Shown here piece after piece: positions 22,734-33,725 of a DNA stretch of 64,000 nt (positions are counted from its first letter, which is position 1; each line of letters starts with the position of its first letter). Position numbers and translations under genes: made by a program. Under the pieces are notes generated by a model. The model had not been told where the DNA came from. It searched no databases and saw only the letters and a list, made by a program, of their open reading frames with translations. The stretch lies in contig JAVRCV020000040.1 of NCBI GenBank assembly GCA_034530615.2, positions 1-64,000 of the forward strand, given 5' to 3'. This DNA is from Aulosira sp. ZfuVER01 (GTDB lineage: Bacteria; Cyanobacteriota; Cyanobacteriia; Cyanobacteriales; Nostocaceae).

Positions 22734-22835
22734 AATGGGCAATGGGCATGGGGAATGGGGCATAGGGCATGGGGCATGGGGCATTGGAAACAATTTTGGA
22801 TTTCAATCTAAAATCTAAAATCCAAAACCTAAAAT
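22734..22835. repeat. STRR-type heptamer arrays (TGGGCAT/TGGGGCA and AAAATCY)
   Basis: Visible tandem 7-mers; similar arrays at 9460, 25984 and 28033. Confidence 0.85.
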
Positions 22836-22884
22836 TTCTTATCTGCCTTGTCTCTCCTAGCCCCCAGCCCCTAGTTCCTAGTCC

Positions 22885-23115
22885 CTAAATAACTTGCTCA
22901 ACTTCGGCAATTTCAGGAATCATTTCCCGTAGGCGGCGTTCAATACCCATTCTTAAGGTCATGGTAGAGCTAGGACAAGAACCGCAAGCTCCTTGCAACC
23001 GCAATCTGACCACAGGCCCATCCAGTTCTACTAGTTCCACGTTGCCGCCATCAGATATTAAGTAAGGGCGCATTTCATCTAACACAGTTTCTACGTTGTC
23101 AATTGTCAGTTCCAT
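22885..23115 (-). CDS. nfuA: NifU-domain Fe-S carrier/scaffold
   Basis: [12 protein letters not shown] and [11 protein letters not shown] (CxxC). Confidence 0.93.
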   Translation of the reverse strand: MELTIDNVETVLDEMRPYLISDGGNVELVELDGPVVRLRLQGACGSCPSSTMTLRMGIERRLREMIPEIAEVEQVI

Positions 23116-23502
23116 AGTTTTAGACCTGTAAGTTAACGGAGTAAATGGGGAATTAGTCTATAGTGGAGCTAAAGCACAACTATAAAGCTATTTCCCAAAA
23201 TTTTATTTTCTTGCTTTGTTAAAACGATCCTAGATCTAATTGCAGCTAGTTGTTAGCGGTTGATAGCCAGTTATCTGTTTGTGATGACTTTAGTCCTTAG
23301 CATAAATTTCTCAATTTAGAGGCTGTATTGAATAATATTTCTATATTGTGCCGCTATGCTGTAATAGTTTCATTGATATTCGAGTTGTGGAACACTGCAT
23401 TGTAGGGACTCGCAATGTAGCCAGAACTGTTTTGTAGTTTTCGTCTGTATTAGCAGATCTATTCTTAAAGCTATTTTATAAATACAAAAATTAGACACTT
23501 GA

Positions 23503-25263
23503 CTAACAAATGCAATTTTGTGAATCGTTGTCACTAGAGGAGACGATTACTGGCTGTTGATACAGAGGCACTGTAAATGTAACTGTGGAGCCAAGTCCTT
23601 CACCTAGACTATAAAAATGTACCTCACCACCCATTGCCTCTACAAGTTTCTGGGATATGGCTAATCCCAAACCTGTACCTCCATATTGGCGGGTGCGAGA
23701 GCCATCAACTTGAGAAAATAATTGAAATAGTTTATCTTGTTTGTCTAAAGAAACACCAATACCAGTGTCTGCTACACGCACTCTCACCATGCCAGGATAT
23801 TCCTGTCCTTGGAGTTTGGCTTTTTTGAGGGCAATATCGGCACAGATAGTTATACCGCCTTCTTGAGTAAATTTAATTGCATTACCTACCAAATTGAGCA
23901 TTACTTGTAGCAGCCGCTGGTAGTTACCTTGAACAATAATTTCATCTGAGGTACTAGGCATTTGCATCCGGAAGCTGAGGTTTCTCATCTCGGCTTGGGG
24001 ACGCATGAAATTGTCTACATCACTAAATAACTCAGCTAGTTGAACTGGCGCACAATCTAAGTCCATTTTGCCAGCTTCGATTTTGGCAATGTCCAAGATA
24101 TCGTTGATGATGTTCAACAGATGAATCGATAAGTGGTGAGCTTCTTGCAGAAACTGATTTTGTTCTTCGGGATCGTCTGCCATCCCCTCCAAAATCAGCT
24201 TCAAAAATCCAATCATGCCATTGAGGGGGGTGCGAATTTCATGGGAGACATTGGCCAGAAACTCACTTTTGAGGCGGGAAGCATCTTCGGCTTTTTGGCG
24301 GGCTGCTTCTAGTTCTTTGTATAAAGTAGCATGAGCGATCGCGGTTCCCAGTTGATCCGCCACCTCTTTGGCTAGTTCAATTTCTGCTTCTGTTAGTGGG
24401 TAGCATTCATCCCGCAGAGTCAAGGCCACCAATCCATTTGCTTGATCTTGATAGGATGTAGCCACCACTAAAATTTTCTGATGTGGACACAAACTATACC
24501 CTGGCACTTCCATAACTATCGGTTCTAGGGTAGCCAAGGCTTGAGCAAAGGCAGGCTCAGTAGCTAAATTTATGTCTACACCTAGTAGGGATTTGCACTC
24601 TGGCTGGTGATACTCTGCTATCACCCGCACTTTGGAACTAGAAGGCTGGTAGGGACAAATAATACAGCGTTCTAGCCGTAGCACTTTCCCTAAACTATCA
24701 ACTGTTTGCTGCCAAATAATGTCTATATCCAAGTTGCGGCGAATATTTTTGGTAATTCGAGTCACCAGTTTTTGGTGTTGCTGTGAGCGTAAAGCCAACT
24801 CCATCTGTGTAGGTGTTTTTGTAATTACATCTACTGTGCTTCTGTTGACTTTGGCTTGGAGTAAGCGTCCCATCACCAAAACAGTGGTAGCCGCTTTACC
24901 CAATTGCGGCATAATTGGACTGATTACCAACTCCAACTCAAACAACTCCTGGCCGTAACTAAACCAGCACTGCAATTTTTCCGGCACCAAATTTGTCAAA
25001 ATCCGGTGCAAGCTCTCCAAATAAGCAACCTTATCGACTGGCTCGAAAGTCGCCTCATCATTAAACTCATCAATTATCTGGTCAGGATTTAACCCCAGAA
25101 GCTCACTGTGCTGCCAACAAAAAGTCAGGTAACGTCCTGACCCATCTTGTGTATATACCAACTCAGATCCGAGAGTTGGTAGCATGTAATCAGTGTGATT
25201 ATTAATAGAGTTTCGATTCTGGGAGAATAAGTTCGGTAACTGAGAATTGGCAGTAATAGTCAT
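23503..25263 (-). CDS. GAF-domain sensor histidine kinase
   Basis: GAF-like region ending [12 protein letters not shown]-box [14 protein letters not shown]-box [22 protein letters not shown]; start uncertain. Confidence 0.92.
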   Translation of the reverse strand: MTITANSQLPNLFSQNRNSINNHTDYMLPTLGSELVYTQDGSGRYLTFCWQHSELLGLNPDQIIDEFNDEATFEPVDKVAYLESLHRILTNLVPEKLQCWFSYGQELFELELVISPIMPQLGKAATTVLVMGRLLQAKVNRSTVDVITKTPTQMELALRSQQHQKLVTRITKNIRRNLDIDIIWQQTVDSLGKVLRLERCIICPYQPSSSKVRVIAEYHQPECKSLLGVDINLATEPAFAQALATLEPIVMEVPGYSLCPHQKILVVATSYQDQANGLVALTLRDECYPLTEAEIELAKEVADQLGTAIAHATLYKELEAARQKAEDASRLKSEFLANVSHEIRTPLNGMIGFLKLILEGMADDPEEQNQFLQEAHHLSIHLLNIINDILDIAKIEAGKMDLDCAPVQLAELFSDVDNFMRPQAEMRNLSFRMQMPSTSDEIIVQGNYQRLLQVMLNLVGNAIKFTQEGGITICADIALKKAKLQGQEYPGMVRVRVADTGIGVSLDKQDKLFQLFSQVDGSRTRQYGGTGLGLAISQKLVEAMGGEVHFYSLGEGLGSTVTFTVPLYQQPVIVSSSDNDSQNCIC

Positions 25264-25433
25264 TATCGAGTTGGATAGACAAATAGCAGCCGACAACATT
25301 ATTACTAAAGCTGCTTAAAGTGTGGCATAAATTATTACAGCTTTGGAGTCTTTATTGGAAGTTTTGGTTATTATGTCAGCCAAAGTGGCAAATTTTACAT
25401 TTTTTTGATTTGAGATTTACATATTATTTATAT

Positions 25434-25670
25434 TCAATCGTTCCATTCTCCACGAGGTGGAATCGGAGACCGTACAGGGGTACGAGTCAGTTCATCATCT
25501 CTGGGAACTTCACCGCGTAACCATTGCCGAATCGCCACTTCAATGACTTTACTCGGATCGTTGGTTAAATGCTGAATTTGCTCTACTAACTCAGAGTCTA
25601 GGCGGACGGCAATTTCTACCTTATCGGCTTGTCTGTGTTCCGCATCGGCAGCTTTTTCTTTCATATTCAT
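25434..25670 (-). CDS. Small ribbon-helix-helix-like protein
   Basis: VEIAVRLDSELVEQI...SKVIEVAIRQWL pattern. Confidence 0.7.
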   Translation of the reverse strand: MNMKEKAADAEHRQADKVEIAVRLDSELVEQIQHLTNDPSKVIEVAIRQWLRGEVPRDDELTRTPVRSPIPPRGEWND

Positions 25671-25983
25671 AGGTTTATATACTCAGAAATTGTTGTGTCA
25701 AAAGCTTTCTAAAGCAGTACTATTATGAATTTCGGATTAGTTTACTGACAAATGTAAAAATTTATAGTTACATAGTTCCCCGAAATTTTACCAAAGTAAC
25801 AGCTTCTGCTTGCAAGTGGCAATTTTCATAGAAGTCACCGGACAGTAGCTTTCTAGAAGTTTTGTCAGTAAATCAATTGTTACGGGCAATTATGGGTTAA
25901 ATTACCCATGATATCTACACTATGTACTTATACATATTTATTGTACGCTTCTGATTGATCAATACCATCAGCCAAATGGAAAA

Positions 25984-26020
25984 TGGGCATTGGGCATTGG
26001 GCATTGGGCATTGGGCATGG
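25984..26020. repeat. (TGGGCAT)n tandem repeat
   Basis: Five consecutive copies. Confidence 0.9.
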
Positions 26021-26057
26021 GGGACAAGGGAGAAATTACAAAGGACTATTGCCTTTT

Positions 26058-26104
26058 GAACGCCAGTTCACTCAACGGAGGGAACCTCCGCACGTGACTG
26101 GCTC
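26058..26104 (-). mobile_element. Small dispersed hairpin element, same family as 8137 and 19977
   Basis: Reverse complement GAGCCAGTCACGTGCGGAGGTTCCCTCCGTTGAGTGAACTGGCGTTC. Confidence 0.6.
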
Positions 26105-26210
26105 CTCTTGACTCTTGACCAATGACAACAGCCTATTGGCTAAGAAAGCATTAAAATACATTAAGTAATTTGCTCTTATAATTTGGTTGCTTCTTCAGCA
26201 AAAATAGTAT

Positions 26211-28022
26211 ATGACTGACGTTCCCGCAGTTCGCATTCGCAATTTTTGTATTATTGCTCACATTGACCACGGGAAATCAACCCTAGCCGATCGCTTACTC
26301 CAAGCCACTGGTACCGTTGAAGATCGGCAGATGAAGGAACAGTTTCTCGATAATATGGATCTGGAACGGGAGCGCGGCATTACCATTAAGCTGCAAGCTG
26401 CCCGGATGAACTACACTGCTAAAGATGGTCAGCAGTATGTGCTGAACTTGATTGATACGCCGGGACACGTGGATTTTTCTTATGAAGTGTCACGCTCTCT
26501 TGCTGCTTGCGAAGGGGCGCTGTTAGTGGTAGATGCTTCCCAAGGCGTAGAAGCTCAAACTTTGGCGAATGTATATTTGGCTCTGGAACATAACCTGGAA
26601 ATTATTCCGGTGTTGAATAAAATTGACTTGCCAGGGGCAGAACCAGACAGAGTTATCGGCGAAATTGAAGAAATTATCGGTTTAGATTGCAGTGGTGCGA
26701 TTTTAGCCTCAGCCAAAGAAGGTATTGGCATTGATGAGATTTTAGAAACAATTGTCGAACGGGTACCACCAGCCCCCAACAATGTAGATCAGCGCTTACG
26801 GGCATTAATTTTTGATAGCTACTACGACAGCTACCGAGGAGTAATCGTTTACTTCCGAGTGATGGATGGTAGCTTGAAAAAAGGCGATCGCGTCTATTTA
26901 ATGGCATCAGAGAAAGAATATGAAATTGATGAGTTAGGTGTTCTTTCTCCTACCCAAAAGCAAGTTGATGAACTCCACGCTGGGGAAGTAGGTTATTTGG
27001 CAGCGGCAATTAAAGCTGTAGCTGATGCGCGGGTGGGAGATACTATTACGCTTGCCAACGCCAAAGCCGCAGAACCTTTACCTGGTTACACAGAAGCTAA
27101 CCCAATGGTCTTTTGTGGGATGTTCCCCATTGATGCTGACCAATTTGAAGACTTGCGGGAAGCCCTAGAAAAGCTCAGACTCAATGATGCTGCCCTACAC
27201 TACGAACCAGAAACTTCTAGTGCGATGGGCTTTGGCTTCCGTTGTGGGTTCTTGGGTTTGCTGCACATGGAAATTGTCCAAGAACGTTTGGAAAGGGAAT
27301 ACAACTTAGATTTAATTATTACAGCTCCTTCAGTTGTTTATAAGGTGACGACTTTGAAGGGTGAGGAGCTGTACATAGATAATCCAAGCCATTTACCCTC
27401 CCCCAACGAGCGCGAAAAAATTGAGGAGCCTTACGTTAAGGTAGAAATGATTACACCTGAAATCTACGTCGGCACGTTGATGGAGTTGTCACAAAACCGC
27501 CGGGGGATTTTCAAGGATATGAAATATCTTACCCAAGGGCGGACGACGCTAACATACGAGTTGCCTTTGGCGGAAGTCGTCACTGACTTTTTTGACCAAA
27601 TGAAATCGCGATCGCGTGGTTATGCCAGCATGGAATATCACCTGATTGGATATCGTGAAAATCCGCTGGTGAAGTTGGATATTATGATTAACGGCGATCC
27701 AGTGGATTCTTTGGCGATGATTGTTCACCGCGATAAAGCTTACAACGTCGGACGCTCAATGGCAGAGAAGTTAAAAGAACTCATTCCCCGCCATCAATTT
27801 AAAGTGCCGATTCAGGCGAGTATTGGTAGCAAGGTAATCGCCAGCGAACACATCCCCGCTTTACGTAAGGACGTACTAGCCAAATGCTACGGTGGTGACA
27901 TCAGCCGCAAGAAGAAACTTTTGCAAAAGCAAGCAAAAGGTAAAAAGCGGATGAAATCTGTAGGTACGGTAGATGTTCCGCAGGAAGCGTTTATGGCAGT
28001 ATTGCGACTGGATCAAAGTTAG
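26211..28022 (+). CDS. lepA: Elongation factor 4
   Basis: [51 protein letters not shown]. Confidence 0.98.
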   Translation: MTDVPAVRIRNFCIIAHIDHGKSTLADRLLQATGTVEDRQMKEQFLDNMDLERERGITIKLQAARMNYTAKDGQQYVLNLIDTPGHVDFSYEVSRSLAACEGALLVVDASQGVEAQTLANVYLALEHNLEIIPVLNKIDLPGAEPDRVIGEIEEIIGLDCSGAILASAKEGIGIDEILETIVERVPPAPNNVDQRLRALIFDSYYDSYRGVIVYFRVMDGSLKKGDRVYLMASEKEYEIDELGVLSPTQKQVDELHAGEVGYLAAAIKAVADARVGDTITLANAKAAEPLPGYTEANPMVFCGMFPIDADQFEDLREALEKLRLNDAALHYEPETSSAMGFGFRCGFLGLLHMEIVQERLEREYNLDLIITAPSVVYKVTTLKGEELYIDNPSHLPSPNEREKIEEPYVKVEMITPEIYVGTLMELSQNRRGIFKDMKYLTQGRTTLTYELPLAEVVTDFFDQMKSRSRGYASMEYHLIGYRENPLVKLDIMINGDPVDSLAMIVHRDKAYNVGRSMAEKLKELIPRHQFKVPIQASIGSKVIASEHIPALRKDVLAKCYGGDISRKKKLLQKQAKGKKRMKSVGTVDVPQEAFMAVLRLDQS

Positions 28023-28566
28023 TCATTAGTCATTGGGCATTGGGCATTGGGCATTGGGAATAAGTTCTTTCTCAGCGTCTTTGTGTCTCCCTGTCCCCAG
28101 TCCTCTTGCCCTCCTTATCTGTCCCTAATCCCATTCCCCATTCCTAACAGGTATAAGTATTTTGACGAACCTGGCTGTAATGGGGTTTTTCCATTAGTTA
28201 AGAACTCAAATCTTGATCTTTGATTTGGCATCCAATCAGAAAATTTTGTTATTTGAACTACTTTTAAAACTCTGTGTTACTGTTAACTTTCATAAAAAGT
28301 ATCAAGAATTGCTGACTATTTTTATGGAGATTTGTATTCTTAGGCATTTATTTAAACTTGCTGTATTATGGCAAGTCATTGATTGTAGATTGGCTGAACT
28401 ATGAAAATTTTATTTTGCTAATTTTTAGAGTTAGAGAATGTTAACCAAAAAAACTGTTAAGATATTTGACAATTTTAGTATATATACTCACTCTAATTGT
28501 CACACTTATACCTTTAGATAAATACAGTTTTTTTAGCTATTTATAAAGCATCGGGGAGTCTCGTAA

Positions 28567-29757
28567 ATGAAGATACTGGTATTGAGTTGGGAGTTTCCAC
28601 CAAGGATAGTTGGGGGTATTGCGCGTCATGTGGCAGAGTTGTACCCAGAATTGGTGAAGCTCGGACATGAAATTCACTTGATTACTGTGGAACATGGTCA
28701 TGCATCAATGTACGAATTAGTAGAGGGAGTTCATGTACATCGAGTGCCAGTAGCTGCTAGTAGAGACTTTTTTCACTGGATAGTAAACTTGAATGACAGC
28801 ATGGGGCATCATGGCGGGAAGTTGATGCTGGAAGAAGGGCCATTTGATTTAATCCATGCTCATGATTGGTTAGTCGGTGATGCAGCGATCGCTTTAAAGC
28901 ATAACTTTAAAGTACCTTTAATTGCGACAATTCACGCTACCGAATATGGACGCTATAACGGCATTCATACAGACACCCAACACTATATTAGTGGTAAAGA
29001 AAAGTTATTAGCTTTTAATGCTTGGCGAGTAATCGTGTGTAGCGAATATATGCGCCGGGAAGTAGAACGAGCGCTACACAGCCCTTGGGATAAAATTGAT
29101 GTAATTTTTAACGGTATTCGGCCAGAAAAGAAACAGCACCATGAAGATTTTCATGCTCCAGCTTTTCGCCGCCAATTTGCTGAAGACAATGAAAAAATTG
29201 TTTACTATGTTGGGCGTATGACTTATGAAAAGGGTGTACCTTTATTACTCAATGCTGCGCCTACGGTACTTAGGGAAATGGGCGGTAATGTCAAATTTGT
29301 GATTGTTGGTGGTGGCAATACCGACCATCTCAAGCGTCAGGCTTGGGATTTAGGAATTTGGCATAAATGTTATTTTACAGGTTTTCTTTCTGATGAATAC
29401 TTAGATAAATTTCAGACTGTAGCCGACTGTGCGGTTTTCCCCAGTCTTTATGAACCCTTTGGTATTGTTGCTTTAGAAAGCTTTGCTTCTCGCGTTCCCG
29501 TAGTAGTATCTGACACTGGTGGTTTTCCAGAAGTAGTCCAACACACCAAGACAGGCATTGTTACCTGGGTGAACAGTCCCGATTCGATTGCTTGGGGAAT
29601 TTTGGAGGTGTTGAAAAATCCCGGTTATCGGCAATGGCTGATTGACAATGCTTATGAGGATTTAGAACGCCGCTTCAGATGGCCGAAATTAGCCTTGCAA
29701 ACAGAAGCAGTATATCAGCGAGTTGTGCAAGAGCGATCGCGAGTAGATTGGTTTTAA
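28567..29757 (+). CDS. Glycosyltransferase family 4
   Basis: WEFPP..GG, HAHDW, VGRM..EKG, PSLYEPFGIVALE. Confidence 0.93.
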   Translation: MKILVLSWEFPPRIVGGIARHVAELYPELVKLGHEIHLITVEHGHASMYELVEGVHVHRVPVAASRDFFHWIVNLNDSMGHHGGKLMLEEGPFDLIHAHDWLVGDAAIALKHNFKVPLIATIHATEYGRYNGIHTDTQHYISGKEKLLAFNAWRVIVCSEYMRREVERALHSPWDKIDVIFNGIRPEKKQHHEDFHAPAFRRQFAEDNEKIVYYVGRMTYEKGVPLLLNAAPTVLREMGGNVKFVIVGGGNTDHLKRQAWDLGIWHKCYFTGFLSDEYLDKFQTVADCAVFPSLYEPFGIVALESFASRVPVVVSDTGGFPEVVQHTKTGIVTWVNSPDSIAWGILEVLKNPGYRQWLIDNAYEDLERRFRWPKLALQTEAVYQRVVQERSRVDWF

Positions 29758-29906
29758 ATTGCACATCCAACGCAGAAAACAGCAGAGAATAAAAGACTAC
29801 TCTGCATTTTCGGCATGAAAAAACAGTACAAGCCTTGTACGCTGGGAATTACACCCCTTCTGGTGAGAGAGTTAGCAATAATTGCTGTTTGCACCAGAAA
29901 GTTAGC

Positions 29907-30971
29907 ATGACCAAGGCCTTTCCAAATATAGCAAAGTGGTTAAAGAATGTAGGAACCATGTTGCTGAAGATGGGAACCTCCTTCATAACCCATATTACAG
30001 CAAACTTAAGAAGTTACTTTCAAGACATTACCGAGGATGTCCATTCTCCTTTAACTCCCTTACCGTCCTTACCGTCCTTACCATCCTTGCCTTCCTTAGC
30101 TGGCCCTGTTCTGAGCTTGGGTGGAGGCGGCCCTGATGTAGAGAACGGTATCCAGTGGATGATTAATCAGGTGAGAGGTTGCACTGACTGCGCCACTAAA
30201 GTCAATGTTGTAGTCATTCGTACTTATGGGAACCATGATTACAATCGGGTAATTAATGCGATGAAAGGCGTTAAATCAGTGGAAACGTTAATTGTTAGCA
30301 ATAGACAGGATGCTAACAAAGCGGAGACTATCAGTAAAATCCGCAATGCTGATGTAATTTTCTTTGCTGGCGGCGACCAATGCCAATACATTCGCAATTG
30401 GAAAAACACTAAGCTAGAGGCTGCTGTTCAATCAGTTTACTCCAGAGGTGGTGGCGTTGGCGGCACTAGCGCAGGTGCAATGATTCAAAGTGAATTCGTC
30501 TACGATGCTTGCGCTTCTTCTGAAGAAGGTATTGAAACCAGAGACGCACTCGAAGATCCCTACAAAGACATTACCTTTACTTACAACTTTTTCAAATGGA
30601 ATTATCTGGCGGGAACGATTGTAGACACTCACTTTGACAGGCGTAAAAGAATGGGACGAATCATGGCTTTTATCGCGCGTCAAATTCAAGATGGCATATC
30701 TAAACGTGCATTAGGGATAGCCATTAGCGAGGAAACATCGGTGCTGGTGGATAAATACGGTATGGCGAAAGTAATGGGGAGGGGTGCAGCGTATTTTGTC
30801 TTGGGAGATCATCCACCAGAGATATGCAAACCCCGCACTCCTTTGACATACTCCGACTACAAAATTTGGCGAGTTCCCCGTGGGGATACCTTTGACCTGA
30901 AAAATATTCCCACACGGGGTTATTATCTCAGAAGTGTGAACCGGGGAAGGTTTAGTTCAGATCCATATTAG
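29907..30971 (+). CDS. Cyanophycinase-like serine peptidase (S51)
   Basis: FFAGGDQ, GGTSAGA nucleophile motif, DTHF..R.RMGR; start uncertain. Confidence 0.85.
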   Translation: MTKAFPNIAKWLKNVGTMLLKMGTSFITHITANLRSYFQDITEDVHSPLTPLPSLPSLPSLPSLAGPVLSLGGGGPDVENGIQWMINQVRGCTDCATKVNVVVIRTYGNHDYNRVINAMKGVKSVETLIVSNRQDANKAETISKIRNADVIFFAGGDQCQYIRNWKNTKLEAAVQSVYSRGGGVGGTSAGAMIQSEFVYDACASSEEGIETRDALEDPYKDITFTYNFFKWNYLAGTIVDTHFDRRKRMGRIMAFIARQIQDGISKRALGIAISEETSVLVDKYGMAKVMGRGAAYFVLGDHPPEICKPRTPLTYSDYKIWRVPRGDTFDLKNIPTRGYYLRSVNRGRFSSDPY

Positions 30972-31086
30972 GGCATTGGGCAAACAAGGAGTGTGGGAGA
31001 ATGGGGGGGAGCTAATAAAGAAAGTGTGGTTCGTTTCTCCTCTCTCTCCCCACACTCCCCCATCCTCCTTGTCTCCCTTGTCCCCC
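30971..31086. repeat. Dispersed purine/pyrimidine-arm hairpin element, copy 1
   Basis: 31007-31066 matches 48066-48125 at 58 of 60 nt. Confidence 0.85.
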
Positions 31087-32253
31087 TCACACCAGGGTAG
31101 TTTGCTTGCGTAAACTTTGAATTGTGGCGATCGCGTGTTTTGCTACAATATCAATCTCCTCGGGGGTATTGAAGCGTCCAATGCCAAACCGTACCGATGC
31201 ATAGGCTAGCTGTGGCGAATGTCCCAAGGCGGTGAGAACATGGGAAGGTGCTGTATTTGCTGAAGTACAAGCAGAACCAGAAGAAACTGCCATGACTGGT
31301 TGTAATCCTAAACCAAGTGCGGCTCCATCTACCCCCTCAACACTAATACTCAGGTTTCCCGCTAACCGTTGGGTAGGATGTCCGTTGAGATGAATTCCTT
31401 CTAGCGGTGAAAGCTGTTCCCAAAGTCTTTGCCTAAGTTCTGTGAGGCGTTGGTTTTCTGTCGCCTGTTCTGCTAAAGCAATTTCCACAGCTTTCCCAAA
31501 GCCTACTATTTGCGGTGTATATAAAGTACCAGAACGCATTCCCCGTTCATGTCCACCACCGTGCTGCTGGGGAGCTAATTGTACTCTAGGGTTGCGTCGG
31601 CGGACATATAACGCACCGATGCCTTTAGCACCGTAAACTTTATGTGCTGTAAGTGACATTAAATCAATTTTTTGCGCCTGCACATCTAAGGGAATTTTAC
31701 CAATAGCTTGGGCAGCATCGGTATGGAAAATGATATTGCGATCGCGGCACAATTCCCCAATTTCTGTCAAAGGCTGCAAAACTCCAATTTCATTATTTGC
31801 AGCCATTACTGACACCAAAATTGTCTCTGGACGCAAAGCTTTTTCTAACTCAGTTAAATCAATTAACCCATCTTTTTTAACTGAGAGAATAGTAATTTCA
31901 AAACCGAGGGTTTTTAAATATGCACAAGGGTCGAGAACAGCCTTATGTTCCGTAGCAACTGTAATAATATGTTGTCCTTTTTGGAAATATGCTTCTGCTA
32001 CACCTTTAATCGCTAAATTATTCGCTTCTGTCGCACCACTGGTAAAAACAATTTCTTCTGGTGTCGCGTTGATTGCTGCTGCTAAAATTTCTCTTGCTTG
32101 TTTAACAGCCGCTTCTGCTTCCCAGCCGTAAACATGACTAATACTCGATGGATTGCCAAACTTTTCTGTAAAGTAGGGTAGCATTGCTGCTAATACCCGT
32201 TCATCAACAGGGGTAGTAGCATGACAATCTAGGTAGATAGGGCGATTAGACAT
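31087..32253 (-). CDS. iscS: Cysteine desulfurase, IscS/NifS group I
   Basis: IYLDCHATTP, FTSGATE, TAHKVYG (PLP Lys), RSGT, SSGSACTS. Confidence 0.93.
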   Translation of the reverse strand: MSNRPIYLDCHATTPVDERVLAAMLPYFTEKFGNPSSISHVYGWEAEAAVKQAREILAAAINATPEEIVFTSGATEANNLAIKGVAEAYFQKGQHIITVATEHKAVLDPCAYLKTLGFEITILSVKKDGLIDLTELEKALRPETILVSVMAANNEIGVLQPLTEIGELCRDRNIIFHTDAAQAIGKIPLDVQAQKIDLMSLTAHKVYGAKGIGALYVRRRNPRVQLAPQQHGGGHERGMRSGTLYTPQIVGFGKAVEIALAEQATENQRLTELRQRLWEQLSPLEGIHLNGHPTQRLAGNLSISVEGVDGAALGLGLQPVMAVSSGSACTSANTAPSHVLTALGHSPQLAYASVRFGIGRFNTPEEIDIVAKHAIATIQSLRKQTTLV

Positions 32254-32269
32254 AAATTAACTTAAATAA

Positions 32270-32896
32270 TTAACTTAAAATTTGACTTAATTTTTTTAAT
32301 ACTCGAAGAACTTGATACAATTCATTTTCTCGCCTTAATAGCGTAAATTGGTCAGAAAAAGCATATTCTATGCGATTTTCTTGTGTAAGTTTCAAAAATA
32401 AAAAATCACTACCGTTCATAACTAATCCAAACACAGGTTTTTCTGGATGAGGGTTAGCCAGCATATAAGCGATTGCTTGTGGTATGGCTTCTAAAAGTGC
32501 AAAAGCAGCCCTTTTAGCTTCAATAACTAACAACCAAAATTGCTCTTGGATAACTAAAACATCAATTCTCCCTCTAATCACTTCTCCCTCATTCTCTACA
32601 GCAATTTCTATAGATTCTTCCGTCGCCAATAAAAATGGATCGCGATAAAATCCTGCTAAATCTAGTAAAGGTGATAATACTACCATTTTTACTGCATTCT
32701 CTAAGATTGGTGGACGCTTCGCCAATCTTAAAAAATTAGTTTTTACCCTGTCTAGATATTGTTTTTCTAAATCTGTGATGTCTGGTAAAGGATCAATCCA
32801 TTCAGAAAAAAAATCTTCGCTTTCAGACTGTCGCAGACCAAATCTTTCTTCTAAATAGGCAAGACCAACATTTTGAGATTGGATGACTTGAACCAT
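32270..32896 (-). CDS. Stand-alone PD-(D/E)xK protein (HsdR N-terminal-like)
   Basis: GRIDVL...IEAK...QAIAYM motif set. Confidence 0.8.
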   Translation of the reverse strand: MVQVIQSQNVGLAYLEERFGLRQSESEDFFSEWIDPLPDITDLEKQYLDRVKTNFLRLAKRPPILENAVKMVVLSPLLDLAGFYRDPFLLATEESIEIAVENEGEVIRGRIDVLVIQEQFWLLVIEAKRAAFALLEAIPQAIAYMLANPHPEKPVFGLVMNGSDFLFLKLTQENRIEYAFSDQFTLLRRENELYQVLRVLKKLSQILS

Positions 32897-33072
32897 GATT
32901 GATATAATAAAGGTGATATTACCATCTCTAAATATTGCTTTTCTAATTCAGTTATCGCAGGTAAATTGTCAAACCGCTCTGTGAAAAATTGCTCGTCTTC
33001 AGATTTGCCAAGAGCAAAGTTTTCTTTTATATATGCGAGAGCGACATTTTGCCCTTGGATAATTTGAAGCAT
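32897..33072 (-). pseudogene. Truncated, internally deleted paralog of the adjacent PD-(D/E)xK gene
   Basis: MLQIIQGQNVALAY...ITELEKQYLE-MVISPLL aligns to MVQVIQSQNVGLAY...ITDLEKQYLD...MVVLSPLL. Confidence 0.8.
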
Positions 33073-33103
33073 AGGTTATGGAAATTGCAACCTCTCCTTT
33101 ATT

Positions 33104-33598
33104 CTAAGATGATGAACTTGATATAGCTGCTAATTCTTGCAATTTAGTTAACACTTGTTGAGCATGATCTTTGACTTTGACATTAGTCCAGGTATAAGCA
33201 ATATTTCCTTCAGGATCGATGAGGAAAGTTGAGCGAACTACACCCATATATTCTTTACCCATAAACTTCTTTAATTGCCAAATACCATAAGTTTCGGCTA
33301 ACTCATGTTCTGGGTCACTTAGCAGGGTAATTGTTAAGTTATGTTTGCTGATAAATTTACAATGAGACTTCCCAGAATCTGGACTCACGCCTAAGATTTT
33401 CGCTCCTAGGGCGCTGAAATCTTGATTTAACTCGGTAAAATCTTTAGCTTCAGTAGTACAACCAGGAGTGTCATCTTTGGGGTAGAAATAAAGGATAACC
33501 CATTGACCGCTGAAATCGCTGAGACTGACGGGACTTTCATGTTGGTCAGGAATAGAGAAATCAGGGGCTAGTTGTCCGACTTGAAGAATGTTGCTCAT
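33104..33598 (-). CDS. bcp: Peroxiredoxin Q / BCP
   Basis: YFYPKDDTPGCTTEA, GVSPD, RSTFLID. Confidence 0.95.
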   Translation of the reverse strand: MSNILQVGQLAPDFSIPDQHESPVSLSDFSGQWVILYFYPKDDTPGCTTEAKDFTELNQDFSALGAKILGVSPDSGKSHCKFISKHNLTITLLSDPEHELAETYGIWQLKKFMGKEYMGVVRSTFLIDPEGNIAYTWTNVKVKDHAQQVLTKLQELAAISSSSS

Positions 33599-33725
33599 AA
33601 TTGGGAAAATAGCGATCGCTTTAGAATTCTACCGAGAAGTGTCCCTAGATTGTGAAACTGCGATCGCCTGGAGTAAATGTAAAATTAATCCTGGGATGTA
33701 GCAAATTCTCAACCAGGCATGAATC

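Noticed and set aside
22719..22793. N-terminal extension of GH57 (MPHAPCP...), and similar extensions of pyk, flv1B and ggt in the ORF track
   Set aside because: Translated STRR or intergenic sequence; family homology starts at downstream ATGs
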